DNA from: a bacterium
Lineage (GTDB): Bacteria > Patescibacteriota > Minisyncoccia > UBA6257 > WO2-44-18
Length of the DNA stretch: 64,000 bases
Reading direction: 5' to 3'
Assembly: GCA_030646995.1 (NCBI GenBank)
Contig: JAUSKF010000001.1
Coordinates: 5,700-69,699, forward strand
The position numbers were made by a program, and so were the translations under genes. The notes under the pieces were generated by a model that was given only the letters and a program-made list of their open reading frames with translations, ran no database searches and had not been told where the DNA came from. Positions 9,478 to 17,620 of the stretch are shown here, one piece after another. Within the stretch, counting starts at the first letter, position 1. Every line of letters starts with the position of its first letter.

Positions 9478-9510
9478 ATCTTTTATTGAACTTATACTAT
9501 CAGAATCTCG

Positions 9511-9540
9511 AGCAAAATAAAACCGCCCTTACGGGCGGGA
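9511..9540 (-). terminator. Intrinsic terminator
   Basis: CCGCCCGTAAGGGCGG hairpin followed by TTTTATTTTG on the minus strand. Confidence 0.55.
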
Positions 9541-9545
9541 AGCTC

Positions 9546-10265
9546 TTATGAGATCACTGTGCCGACGAAGTCCTTGTAATCCAGGTAGGCGTCCAAATTG
9601 GCGAAGTTGTCGCCCTTCATGATCACCACCGTTTTCTTCAACCGCTCGGCCTCCTTGGCGGCAATCGGATCAAACGGGACATTCATCCCGGGAATCCAGA
9701 CACTCCCGACCATCAGCCGGAACTTCTTCCATGAAATCGAGGAGATCGGCTTAGCGTCCGGGAACTTCTTCGGATCCTTGTCGCACAGCTGAACGATGTT
9801 GGAAAGATTGATCACCGATTGGGCGCCGTATTGCCTCGCGGCACGCACCGCGCAGTAATCGGTGGACCAACCCGGCTTCCAACCGGCCGCAATCGCCACC
9901 TGTTTTTCAGTGTCCAAAATAATCTCATAGTGCTTGATCAGGCGTGGCTCGGCGACGTCTTCAAAGATCGCTCGCAGGGCCTGCGCATTCAACCGTGTGG
10001 CGTTGATGCCAAGCCAGTCTTTGTTGTCATTGCTCAAGTTGTGGCCAAGAACCCGGCTCACGACCTCCTGAAAATGTCGGGCGAGAGCGCCGCCACCAGC
10101 AACCAGGACAAGTCGCAGATCCGGGTTCTCGCCGAGTCGTCGACGAACGAACTCATTGAGATTGGAAAGAAATTGCTCGCTTAATCCATTTTTTTGATCA
10201 GGATAGATCAAACTCCCTCCAACGGAGATCACAATCGTGGTGGAATCATCTTTGCCGCGAATCAT
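9546..10265 (-). CDS. pyrH: Amino-acid kinase family protein, probably archaeal-type UMP kinase
   Basis: IVISVGGSL N-terminal nucleotide-binding motif, then VLVAGGG; 239 aa. Confidence 0.5.
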   Translation of the reverse strand: MIRGKDDSTTIVISVGGSLIYPDQKNGLSEQFLSNLNEFVRRRLGENPDLRLVLVAGGGALARHFQEVVSRVLGHNLSNDNKDWLGINATRLNAQALRAIFEDVAEPRLIKHYEIILDTEKQVAIAAGWKPGWSTDYCAVRAARQYGAQSVINLSNIVQLCDKDPKKFPDAKPISSISWKKFRLMVGSVWIPGMNVPFDPIAAKEAERLKKTVVIMKGDNFANLDAYLDYKDFVGTVIS

Positions 10266-10297
10266 TCCGCCCTCCTTTCGAAGAAACTTAAAAGATA

Positions 10298-11713
10298 TTA
10301 CTGCTTCTTTTCTTTCACGTCAACCTTCAAATGCAATTCTTTGAGCTGTTCATCTTCGACATCGCTCGGGGCATCCATCATCAAATCGCGGGCGTCGCCC
10401 GATTTCGGAAAGGCAATTACTTCGCGAATGCTCGGTTCGTTTTCTAAAAGCATAGATACCCTATCCAAACCCAAAGCGATTCCGCCATGTGGCGGAGCGC
10501 CACTGCCCAAAGCGTCAATCATGTGCCCAAAATTGCCGAGAATCCTCTGTTCCTCAAATCCCATCACTTCAAAAACTTTTTTCAACGCTTCCGGACGATG
10601 ATTTCGGATACTCCCGCCGCCGATTTCAAATCCGTTGAGCACGATGTCGTATTGTGTAGTCAAAATCTCACCGAGATTTTCTTTTTTCATCAACGACTCC
10701 ATATACTCCGGCTTCGGCGCGGAAAAAGGATTGTGCGTGAAGGTCCATCCGCCCTTCTCGGTCTTTTCAAAAAATGGAAAGTCTACCACCCAACAAAACG
10801 CGAGCAGATTCGGGTCTCCGCCAGTTGGCGGATTGTCTTTCCGGACATCCGGCCTGTCACTACCGTAATTTTTAATCGCATCGGCATAACTCATCCTCGG
10901 AAACGGAGATTCCTGAATTTTCTTGTGCGGATAGTTTTTTGCCACCATCTCCGTCACCATCTTTTCAATCACATTCATCACATCTTCTCGCTCCACAAAA
11001 CTCATCTCCAAGTCCATTTGAGTAAACTCCGGCTGGCGGTCGCCTCGGGTATCTTCATCTCGGAAACAGCGCGCTATCTGGAAATAACGCTCAAAACCGG
11101 AAACCATCAACAACTGCTTGTATTGCTGGGGCGATTGCGGAAGCGCGTAAAACTTTCCGGGATACAAACGGGATGGCACCAGATAATCACGAGCGCCCTC
11201 GGGAGTAGTTTTCGAAAGAACGGGGGTTTCGATTTCCAAAAAATTCTCATTGGAAAGATAATCACGGAAAAAGCGAATCATCTCATGGCGATTGCGGATA
11301 TTTTTCTGCATCCGGTCTCGGCGCAAATCCACATATCGGTATTTCATTCTCACTTCCTCGCCAATCTCTTTCCCATCGCTAGTCACATCAATCGGCGGCG
11401 TGTTGGCCTCATTGAGAACCTCCAGCTTGGTAGCTAAAATTTCTACTTTTCCTGTGGCGATTGCAGGATTCACCATATTCTCCGGCCGCTTGTTTACCAT
11501 TCCGGTGATTTTCACTACCCACTCCGAGCGCAAAGTCACCGCCACATCGGACAATTCTTTTGGTTTCGGCAAAAACACCACCTGCGCAATACCGGAACGG
11601 TCTCGCAAATCGATAAACATAATTTTCCCATGGTCGCGGCGGATAGCCACCCAACCCATCAACTCCACCTCTTGTCCTTCTTTGTTTACTATGTCGGCAA
11701 TTAGAGTTCGCAT
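10298..11713 (-). CDS. aspS: Aspartate--tRNA ligase (short archaeal/ND-type, 471 aa)
   Basis: Class II aaRS motifs FQIARCFRDED and GGGSIR; N-terminal OB fold. Confidence 0.9.
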   Translation of the reverse strand: MRTLIADIVNKEGQEVELMGWVAIRRDHGKIMFIDLRDRSGIAQVVFLPKPKELSDVAVTLRSEWVVKITGMVNKRPENMVNPAIATGKVEILATKLEVLNEANTPPIDVTSDGKEIGEEVRMKYRYVDLRRDRMQKNIRNRHEMIRFFRDYLSNENFLEIETPVLSKTTPEGARDYLVPSRLYPGKFYALPQSPQQYKQLLMVSGFERYFQIARCFRDEDTRGDRQPEFTQMDLEMSFVEREDVMNVIEKMVTEMVAKNYPHKKIQESPFPRMSYADAIKNYGSDRPDVRKDNPPTGGDPNLLAFCWVVDFPFFEKTEKGGWTFTHNPFSAPKPEYMESLMKKENLGEILTTQYDIVLNGFEIGGGSIRNHRPEALKKVFEVMGFEEQRILGNFGHMIDALGSGAPPHGGIALGLDRVSMLLENEPSIREVIAFPKSGDARDLMMDAPSDVEDEQLKELHLKVDVKEKKQ

Positions 11714-11780
11714 TTGTGCTGTATAAAATGATATTTTCCCTAATTAAAGCATAAATTTTGAGTCAGGTACAAGAAGCGAC

Positions 11781-11927
11781 GACGAAGGCGTAGACTCTAC
11801 GCCTAGGAAGAGCGACAAAGTATATGCTCAATAATTTATGCTCCCGGAGGGTAAGGCAATTTTATTCAACTCCTTTGTTGCTCGGGCTTGAAATAGAGTC
11901 TATTTCTACGCCCTCGCGTCTTGGATT
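11781..11927. repeat. Long imperfect inverted-repeat (MITE-like) hairpin element
   Basis: GACGACGAAGGCGTAGACTCTACGCC pairs with TAGAGTCTATTTCTACGCCCTCGCGTC about 90 nt away; nested AGAGCGACAAAG/CTTTGTTGCTC arms. Confidence 0.35.
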
Positions 11928-12004
11928 TGAAATAAAATTGCTCTTATTAATTTAGAGAAGATATCATCTTATACAGCACCAAAATATTGCCAAGTTTTTC
12001 GGAA

Positions 12005-12036
12005 TTAAAAAAGCCCCAAACTTTAAATCGGGGCTT
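12005..12036 (-). terminator. Intrinsic terminator
   Basis: AGCCCCGATTTAAAGTTTGGGGCT hairpin plus TTTTTTAATT on the minus strand. Confidence 0.55.
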
Positions 12037-12044
12037 TCGTTTCC

Positions 12045-12245
12045 TTATCGGAGCTGTTTCCACTCTTCATACATTCCTCGAAACTGCTTATCGTTCATCG
12101 CCTTGTCATAAAATATCTTTCCAAGCTTACTTCCGGTTCGGATTTCCTTGATCATCACCCAAACTTCCTGCGGTATCTTATCTCCGACCAATGCCTCCAT
12201 TTCATCAAGGAACTCGAGAAATTCCGGCTCGGGCTGCCAAGTCAT
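12045..12245 (-). CDS. Hypothetical small protein
   Basis: 66 aa ORF followed by a terminator. Confidence 0.35.
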   Translation of the reverse strand: MTWQPEPEFLEFLDEMEALVGDKIPQEVWVMIKEIRTGSKLGKIFYDKAMNDKQFRGMYEEWKQLR

Positions 12246-12269
12246 ATGAGCCTCCTGAATTGAACTAAG

Positions 12270-13154
12270 TTAATCGTATATTTTTAATCGGTCGCCGTCA
12301 AAAATCACTTTTACCGTGCCGCTTTGGTCGGTACGAAATATTTGCGAACCCACTGAAGCTAAACGACCCAGAGCCGAGGGCGTAGGGTGGCCATAGCTGT
12401 TCTTGCCGACTTCAATCACCGAAACCGCCGGACTTACCTCTTTCAAAAAATCCGCTTCACTGGAAAATCTGGAACCGTGATGCCCAACTTTCAAAATATG
12501 CGCATCTAAATCATATTTTCTCGCCAATATCTCCTCCGTCTCAAAGCCGATATCTGCGGTATAAAGCGCCCGCAGGCCTGCCCGCCCTGGCGGGCCGTCC
12601 TTTTCCAGCATAAACACTATCCCCGATTCATTCACCTTCTTCCCCTGCGCCGCGATTGCCGTGGGCCAAAGGATTTTAATTACCGCGTCTTCAAATTTTA
12701 TTTCATCTCCGGCAAACACTTTTATCTCCGGAATTTTCTTTTCCACAATCACTCTTTCAAAATCCGAATAAGCATCCGCCACACCTCTCCGCCCCGTAGT
12801 AATTACCGCTCCGACTTCGTAAGTCTTCAGCACATCAATCAGACCCCCAAAATGGTCTAAATCGGGATGGGTGGCTATCACTAAATCAATATAGCGATCG
12901 GTCGGAGTAAGTACCCTGCCCAACTCACTCAAAACCTTCGGATCCTTTCCACCGTCTACTAAAATTTGCACATCGCCGAAATCTATCAGCTCCCCATCCC
13001 CTTGCCCCACATCCAAAAAATACAACGCCAGATTTTTCGGCCTCATTTCCGCGAAAATCCCCCGTGCCACAAAAATATTCCCTGCCACTAATATCAGGAA
13101 TGTCACATACACCACTTTTTTCATAAACAAATTATTCGTTTTATTCATCACCAA
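12270..13154 (-). CDS. ComEC/Rec2-type metallo-beta-lactamase domain protein (standalone)
   Basis: YFLDVGQGD and HxDxDH-like ATHPDLDH motifs of the ComEC C-terminal lactamase domain; own N-terminal TM. Confidence 0.7.
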   Translation of the reverse strand: MVMNKTNNLFMKKVVYVTFLILVAGNIFVARGIFAEMRPKNLALYFLDVGQGDGELIDFGDVQILVDGGKDPKVLSELGRVLTPTDRYIDLVIATHPDLDHFGGLIDVLKTYEVGAVITTGRRGVADAYSDFERVIVEKKIPEIKVFAGDEIKFEDAVIKILWPTAIAAQGKKVNESGIVFMLEKDGPPGRAGLRALYTADIGFETEEILARKYDLDAHILKVGHHGSRFSSEADFLKEVSPAVSVIEVGKNSYGHPTPSALGRLASVGSQIFRTDQSGTVKVIFDGDRLKIYD

Positions 13155-13190
13155 ATTCTTTATCCTCTATTTTTATTCATTTCTAAAGTG

Positions 13191-13210
13191 TGTCCAACGC
13201 GTTAGACATC
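13191..13210. promoter_or_regulatory. 20 bp palindrome TGTCCAACGCGTTAGACATC (copy 1)
   Basis: Near-perfect palindrome overlapping the 3' end of the HTH gene; no flanking T-run. Confidence 0.35.
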
Positions 13211-13654
13211 CGATTGCTTAGTTACCCCAAGACCAGTGGGGCGCGGGGGATTTTTCAACAACTCCAGCAAATCAATGCCATCTAAAAAACCAACCGACCA
13301 TTGAGAAACAAGACTCCTATCCAAAATATTCCCTTTGTTCTTCGCTGGCCTCTTCGAAGACCTTGGACTTCCATAGTCGACGCTCTTGTTAAATAAACTC
13401 TTTCTTAGGGCACCTATTGTAGTACGAGATAACCACAAAGAACGCTCGATCTCCCGGGTCGATGCGCCCTGTCTAATAAGCAACGCGGCGGCCAATCTAT
13501 TTATGATTATTTGTTTTTCGTAAACGCTAAAAAGTGAGTTAACGGCATTTCGGAACTTAAAGTCGGAGAATTGTTCTAAGAAATTTTCCCAAACCACTCC
13601 CTGCCACTCCTTCCTGTATTTATTTTTAAAATCTTCCGGTTTAATGTTTTTCAT
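13202..13654 (-). CDS. Putative HTH DNA-binding protein (TrpR/YerC-like)
   Basis: 150 aa; helix-turn-helix-like segment GASTREIERSLWLSRTTIGAL. Confidence 0.35.
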   Translation of the reverse strand: MKNIKPEDFKNKYRKEWQGVVWENFLEQFSDFKFRNAVNSLFSVYEKQIIINRLAAALLIRQGASTREIERSLWLSRTTIGALRKSLFNKSVDYGSPRSSKRPAKNKGNILDRSLVSQWSVGFLDGIDLLELLKNPPRPTGLGVTKQSDV

Positions 13655-13695
13655 AAACTTTTTTTATCGATTAATTATCTTCCAATCTTTTTTCC

Positions 13696-13715
13696 ATGTC
13701 CAACGCGTTGGACAT
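13696..13715. promoter_or_regulatory. 20 bp perfect palindrome ATGTCCAACGCGTTGGACAT (copy 2)
   Basis: About 42 nt upstream of the HTH gene start; identical core to copy 1. Confidence 0.4.
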
Positions 13716-13729
13716 AGCAAAAATTCAGA

Positions 13730-15181
13730 TTATTGAAAAATGCTGAAGATGTTTGGGATTTTGGAGAATGCAGTGATTATTTTCGCGCAGACATTGATGA
13801 CTCCTAATTCGTAGCCGAGAAGGATACTTGCCGGAAAGCTCAATGCCCAAGCGAGCGGGTAGGCAATCAGCGAGGCGAAACCGATAAAAAATCCTAAGCC
13901 CATTGTGATGGGAATGAATTCCAAAAGCAAAACGTTGGAAATCAAACCAATCGGAGAAAATTGCCCGAAGTGATAGAGCAAAATCGGCAGTACAGCTATC
14001 TGCGCCGAAGTGGTGGTAGTCAGATGCTTCCGCCAATTGAAATATCCCGACTTGTCCTGCCATTTCAGCTTCTTTTCTATCCACGGCTGGAAGTAAGTAA
14101 TACCCAAAAGAGCCGCGAAGGACAATTGAAAGCCGATATCAAAGGCTAAAATGTGGGGATTGACACCAACCATCACCAACGCCGTCGCCGCCACGGCGTT
14201 GCGGAAGTAATAAACCCGATGCAATTTATCTGCGAGCAAAATTAGAAATCCCATCATCGCCGCGCGCACCACCGAAGCCTCCGCGCCCGTCATTACCACG
14301 AAGCCGAGCACCATTCCGGAGCTTATCCAAAATGAAAATCTTTTCGTAAACCACCACAGAGCAAGCAGATTTATCACCGTACTGATAATTACCGAAATGT
14401 TGTATCCCGAAAGCGCCACCAGATGGCTGGTGCCCGTTGCCCGCAATTTTTCTTTCAACTCATCGGAAAATTCCGCCGTCTCTCCCAGAGTTAAGCCGGC
14501 CATAAATACCGCCTGATCAAACGGCAAGACTTTTTTGAAACTGGATTCAAAGAAAGATTTTATTTTCAGCAGCTGCGCCTTCACCGGCGAACCATTCCCG
14601 CTAGATACCAATTCTATTTCCGGAAATCCCACCACGCCCGCTATCCCCTCTTTTTTGTAGTAGCTGGCGAATTCTGCATCCGGCTTTTTAACCACTCCCA
14701 CCACTTTTATCTCGTCGCCATAATCAAACGCGGGATAGCGGCTGGTGTTGATCTGAATATTTTCAATCACCAACTTCTGACTGCTCAATCTCTGCTCCGC
14801 TTCGCGAATCACTCCCGAAAACTGCACTTTTTCACCAAAGATTATCCGATTGTCTTGCTTGGCGTAATCAAAGGCAAAGAAGTACACGGAACCGACGACT
14901 AACGACAAAACGACCAACGACAAGGAAACCAATGACGAACCATCAACGACTAATGACTTACGACGAACAACGATGACCAGGAGGAACAAAAGCAAAATAA
15001 ACAATCCCGCGATTAGATATGCGTGCGTAAACCCGCTGACCACGCTCGCCACCAGCACTCCCGCCAGAAAAAAGCAGGCGAACCAGAAGAAAATGTCGTG
15101 CAGTTTCACCCCGTTAGAAATCCGCCCTTCCGTAGGAACGGCGGCAGCCGCTAGGGGCGGCTTATTTCTAACGGGGTTCAT
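13730..15181 (-). CDS. comEC: ComEC/Rec2 competence channel (membrane domain only)
   Basis: Multi-TM protein with the competence-domain signature HLVALSGYNISVI; contains a low-complexity insert VVRRKSLVVDGSSLVSLSLVVLS. Confidence 0.7.
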   Translation of the reverse strand: MNPVRNKPPLAAAAVPTEGRISNGVKLHDIFFWFACFFLAGVLVASVVSGFTHAYLIAGLFILLLFLLVIVVRRKSLVVDGSSLVSLSLVVLSLVVGSVYFFAFDYAKQDNRIIFGEKVQFSGVIREAEQRLSSQKLVIENIQINTSRYPAFDYGDEIKVVGVVKKPDAEFASYYKKEGIAGVVGFPEIELVSSGNGSPVKAQLLKIKSFFESSFKKVLPFDQAVFMAGLTLGETAEFSDELKEKLRATGTSHLVALSGYNISVIISTVINLLALWWFTKRFSFWISSGMVLGFVVMTGAEASVVRAAMMGFLILLADKLHRVYYFRNAVAATALVMVGVNPHILAFDIGFQLSFAALLGITYFQPWIEKKLKWQDKSGYFNWRKHLTTTTSAQIAVLPILLYHFGQFSPIGLISNVLLLEFIPITMGLGFFIGFASLIAYPLAWALSFPASILLGYELGVINVCAKIITAFSKIPNIFSIFQ

Positions 15182-15198
15182 TGCACGAGAGTATAAAG

Positions 15199-16365
15199 CT
15201 ATTTAGCAGATTTGATAATTCCCCCTCCCAACATTGCACCTTTTTTGTCGTAGAAGACGGCGGATTGGCCAGCGGCTACAAACTTTACCGGCTTGGAGAA
15301 AACTAACTTATAACTAACGACGGACGACTTACGACCAACTTCTAGCTTGGCCGGAAAGACGGGTTGCCTATAACGAACCCGCGCAAAAACCGGAACGGTT
15401 TTGCGAGATTTAAACATTTCAACATTAAAAATATTTAAAGATTCCAATTCAACTTCTTTTTTATAAAGTGCCGGATGATCTTCGCCTTCTGCGACTACGA
15501 CAATATTTTTCTTCACATCTTTATCCGCCACATAAAGCGGCTTGGCTGTGCCGCCAACCCCGATGCCATGCCTTTGCCCAATCGTGTAGAAATGCGCTCC
15601 GTGATGCTCACCCAGCTCATTGCCGTGCACACCTACAATCAATCCCTTCTTTGGCTTAATATATTTCTTCAAAAATTCCGGCAGATCCACCTGCCCCAAG
15701 AAGCAGATGCCCTGCGAATCTTTTTTCAAAGCGTTGTGCAAGCCAAATTTCTCGGCAAATTTACGCACCTGCGGTTTTTTATATTCGCCGATCGGAAACA
15801 GACAACGAGCTAACAGCTCAGGCTTCAAAGCCCACAAGAAGTAGGATTGATCTTTATTTGAATCCTTCGCTATTAGTAGCTGGTAGTCAGTAGAAAGTAG
15901 TAAGCGTTTTGCGGATTTTTCTCCCTTACTACTTACTGCTTGCTTCTTACTACTATTAGTCCGCCGCAGGCGGACGTAGTGCCCCGTCGCCACATAATCA
16001 GCGCCCAACTCCATCGCTTTATCAAAAAATAAGCCGAATTTAATTTCTTTGTTGCACATCACGTCCGGATTCGGCGTAATCCCCTTTTTGTATCCGGCCA
16101 CCATATAATCCACCACACGCTTTTTGTATTCGTCTTCGTAGTCAAAAGTATAGAAAGGAATATCCAAATGCTCCGCGGCTCGGCGCGCATCTTCCGCATC
16201 CCGCTCGGCGCAACCATCCACGTTGAAGCATTTCAGATGAACACCCACCACATCATAGCCCTGCTTTTTCAGCAATGCCGCGGCTACGGAGCTATCGACT
16301 CCACCGGACATACCTACGAATACTTTTCCTTTTTTCTTAGACTTAATCACGGGTATATTTTGCAA
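15199..16365 (-). CDS. mnmA: tRNA-specific 2-thiouridylase MnmA
   Basis: PP-loop VGMSGGVDSS, catalytic Cys region; 388 aa; contains low-complexity inserts. Confidence 0.85.
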   Translation of the reverse strand: MQNIPVIKSKKKGKVFVGMSGGVDSSVAAALLKKQGYDVVGVHLKCFNVDGCAERDAEDARRAAEHLDIPFYTFDYEDEYKKRVVDYMVAGYKKGITPNPDVMCNKEIKFGLFFDKAMELGADYVATGHYVRLRRTNSSKKQAVSSKGEKSAKRLLLSTDYQLLIAKDSNKDQSYFLWALKPELLARCLFPIGEYKKPQVRKFAEKFGLHNALKKDSQGICFLGQVDLPEFLKKYIKPKKGLIVGVHGNELGEHHGAHFYTIGQRHGIGVGGTAKPLYVADKDVKKNIVVVAEGEDHPALYKKEVELESLNIFNVEMFKSRKTVPVFARVRYRQPVFPAKLEVGRKSSVVSYKLVFSKPVKFVAAGQSAVFYDKKGAMLGGGIIKSAK

Positions 16366-16392
16366 TAAAAAAGCCCCGTCGTAAAGGCGGGG

Positions 16393-16713
16393 TTAATTAT
16401 CTTTTCGCTTCCATTTTGCTATCCAGTAACTTATCCAAAACATCAGCTCACCGAATAGGTAATGGACCAGAAGCGGCAGGGTGAAGCAAAAATGATAAAG
16501 AATGAGAACGAGCAGGCAAAGTGGCCAAAAGAAAAATACTGCGGCCACTGCGACTGGTGTCTCAACTTCTGGGCTAATCCCGAACATTCTCTCATAAACG
16601 AACAGCGCCATTCCCCCAATTGACCCGTACGCCACAAGAAACGTAATCCACCAGTACCAAGCCATGATTTTCTCCTCAAAATGAACTGTCGTGATAATAG
16701 AATAAATATTCAA
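16393..16713 (-). CDS. Hypothetical small membrane protein
   Basis: Two or three predicted TM helices; terminator downstream. Confidence 0.35.
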   Translation of the reverse strand: MNIYSIITTVHFEEKIMAWYWWITFLVAYGSIGGMALFVYERMFGISPEVETPVAVAAVFFFWPLCLLVLILYHFCFTLPLLVHYLFGELMFWISYWIAKWKRKDN

Positions 16714-16760
16714 ATATGTAAATGTTGAAAAAATAGCTTCAAAGAGGTAAAATACTAGGA

Positions 16761-17336
16761 ATGTTGGCTTATAACGATTTAAAGAAAGGCGTCATCTTCG
16801 TGATGCAGGGCGAACCGTATGAAGTAATGGAATACGCTTTTTTGCGTATGCAACAGCGTAAACCGGTGGCCAAATGCAAAATCAAGAACCTGATTTCCGG
16901 CAAAGTAACCGAGCAAAATTTCCACTCCAGCGAATCTTTTGATGAAGCGGAAATCACGAAGGTAGAAGTAAAATATCTCTATAACACTAAGGGCCAGTTC
17001 TGGTTCTGCCCGAAAGATAAACCGGCCGAGCGCTTTATGCTTACCGAAGCGCAGGTAGGAATCGCCGGCAAATTCATGCAATCGAATAGCATGGTCAACG
17101 CCATAAAATTCGGCGATTTAATTTTGAGCATCAAGCCGACAATCAAAGTAGATTTGAAAATTACTGAAACTCCACCCGGAGAAAAAGGAAATACCGCGCA
17201 GGGTGGCACTAAAGCCGCGACTCTGGAAACCGGCGCCGTAATTCAAGTTCCCCTATTCGTGAATCAGGGAGATATTGTGCGCATTAATACGGAAACAGGA
17301 GATTACTACGAAAGAGTAGAAAAAGGGAAAGCGTAA
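16761..17336 (+). CDS. efp: Elongation factor P
   Basis: 191 aa; N-terminal KKGVIFVMQGEPYEV KOW-like domain, three-domain EF-P length; good RBS. Confidence 0.9.
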   Translation: MLAYNDLKKGVIFVMQGEPYEVMEYAFLRMQQRKPVAKCKIKNLISGKVTEQNFHSSESFDEAEITKVEVKYLYNTKGQFWFCPKDKPAERFMLTEAQVGIAGKFMQSNSMVNAIKFGDLILSIKPTIKVDLKITETPPGEKGNTAQGGTKAATLETGAVIQVPLFVNQGDIVRINTETGDYYERVEKGKA

Positions 17337-17345
17337 ATAAAAAAA

Positions 17346-17369
17346 CCTCCTCGCTTTGAGGAGGTTTTC
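17346..17369 (+). terminator. Intrinsic terminator
   Basis: CCTCCTCGCTTTGAGGAGG hairpin followed by TTTTC. Confidence 0.6.
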
Positions 17370-17482
17370 AATTGGAACAAGGCGACTCGCCATTTCTTTG
17401 TAAGGAACCATAAGCGCAGGTTAGCCATAAAACAATGAACGGAGGGCGGATTTTTTAGCGAAGAAATCGAATGGCCGGAAAA

Positions 17483-17527
17483 CTCTGATATTTCAATATT
17501 TCGACATTTAAATATTTAATATCAGAG
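17483..17527. promoter_or_regulatory. AT-rich inverted repeat CTCTGATATT...AATATCAGAG
   Basis: 10 bp perfect arms around an AT-rich 25 nt spacer, downstream of the T4SS-like ATPase gene. Confidence 0.3.
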
Positions 17528-17620
17528 GCAAACGGGAGCTGTTCGATTTATCTAAAAAATCAACCGGAGTGAATTGGCTTTATCTAACCAGAGCGGGTTC
17601 CTGAAAGAAATGACGGGGAG

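Noticed and set aside
10487-11437. 316 aa plus-strand ORF
   Set aside because: It lies entirely antisense to aspS, which has clear class II aaRS motifs. It is low-complexity and His/Arg-rich, so a spurious antisense ORF.
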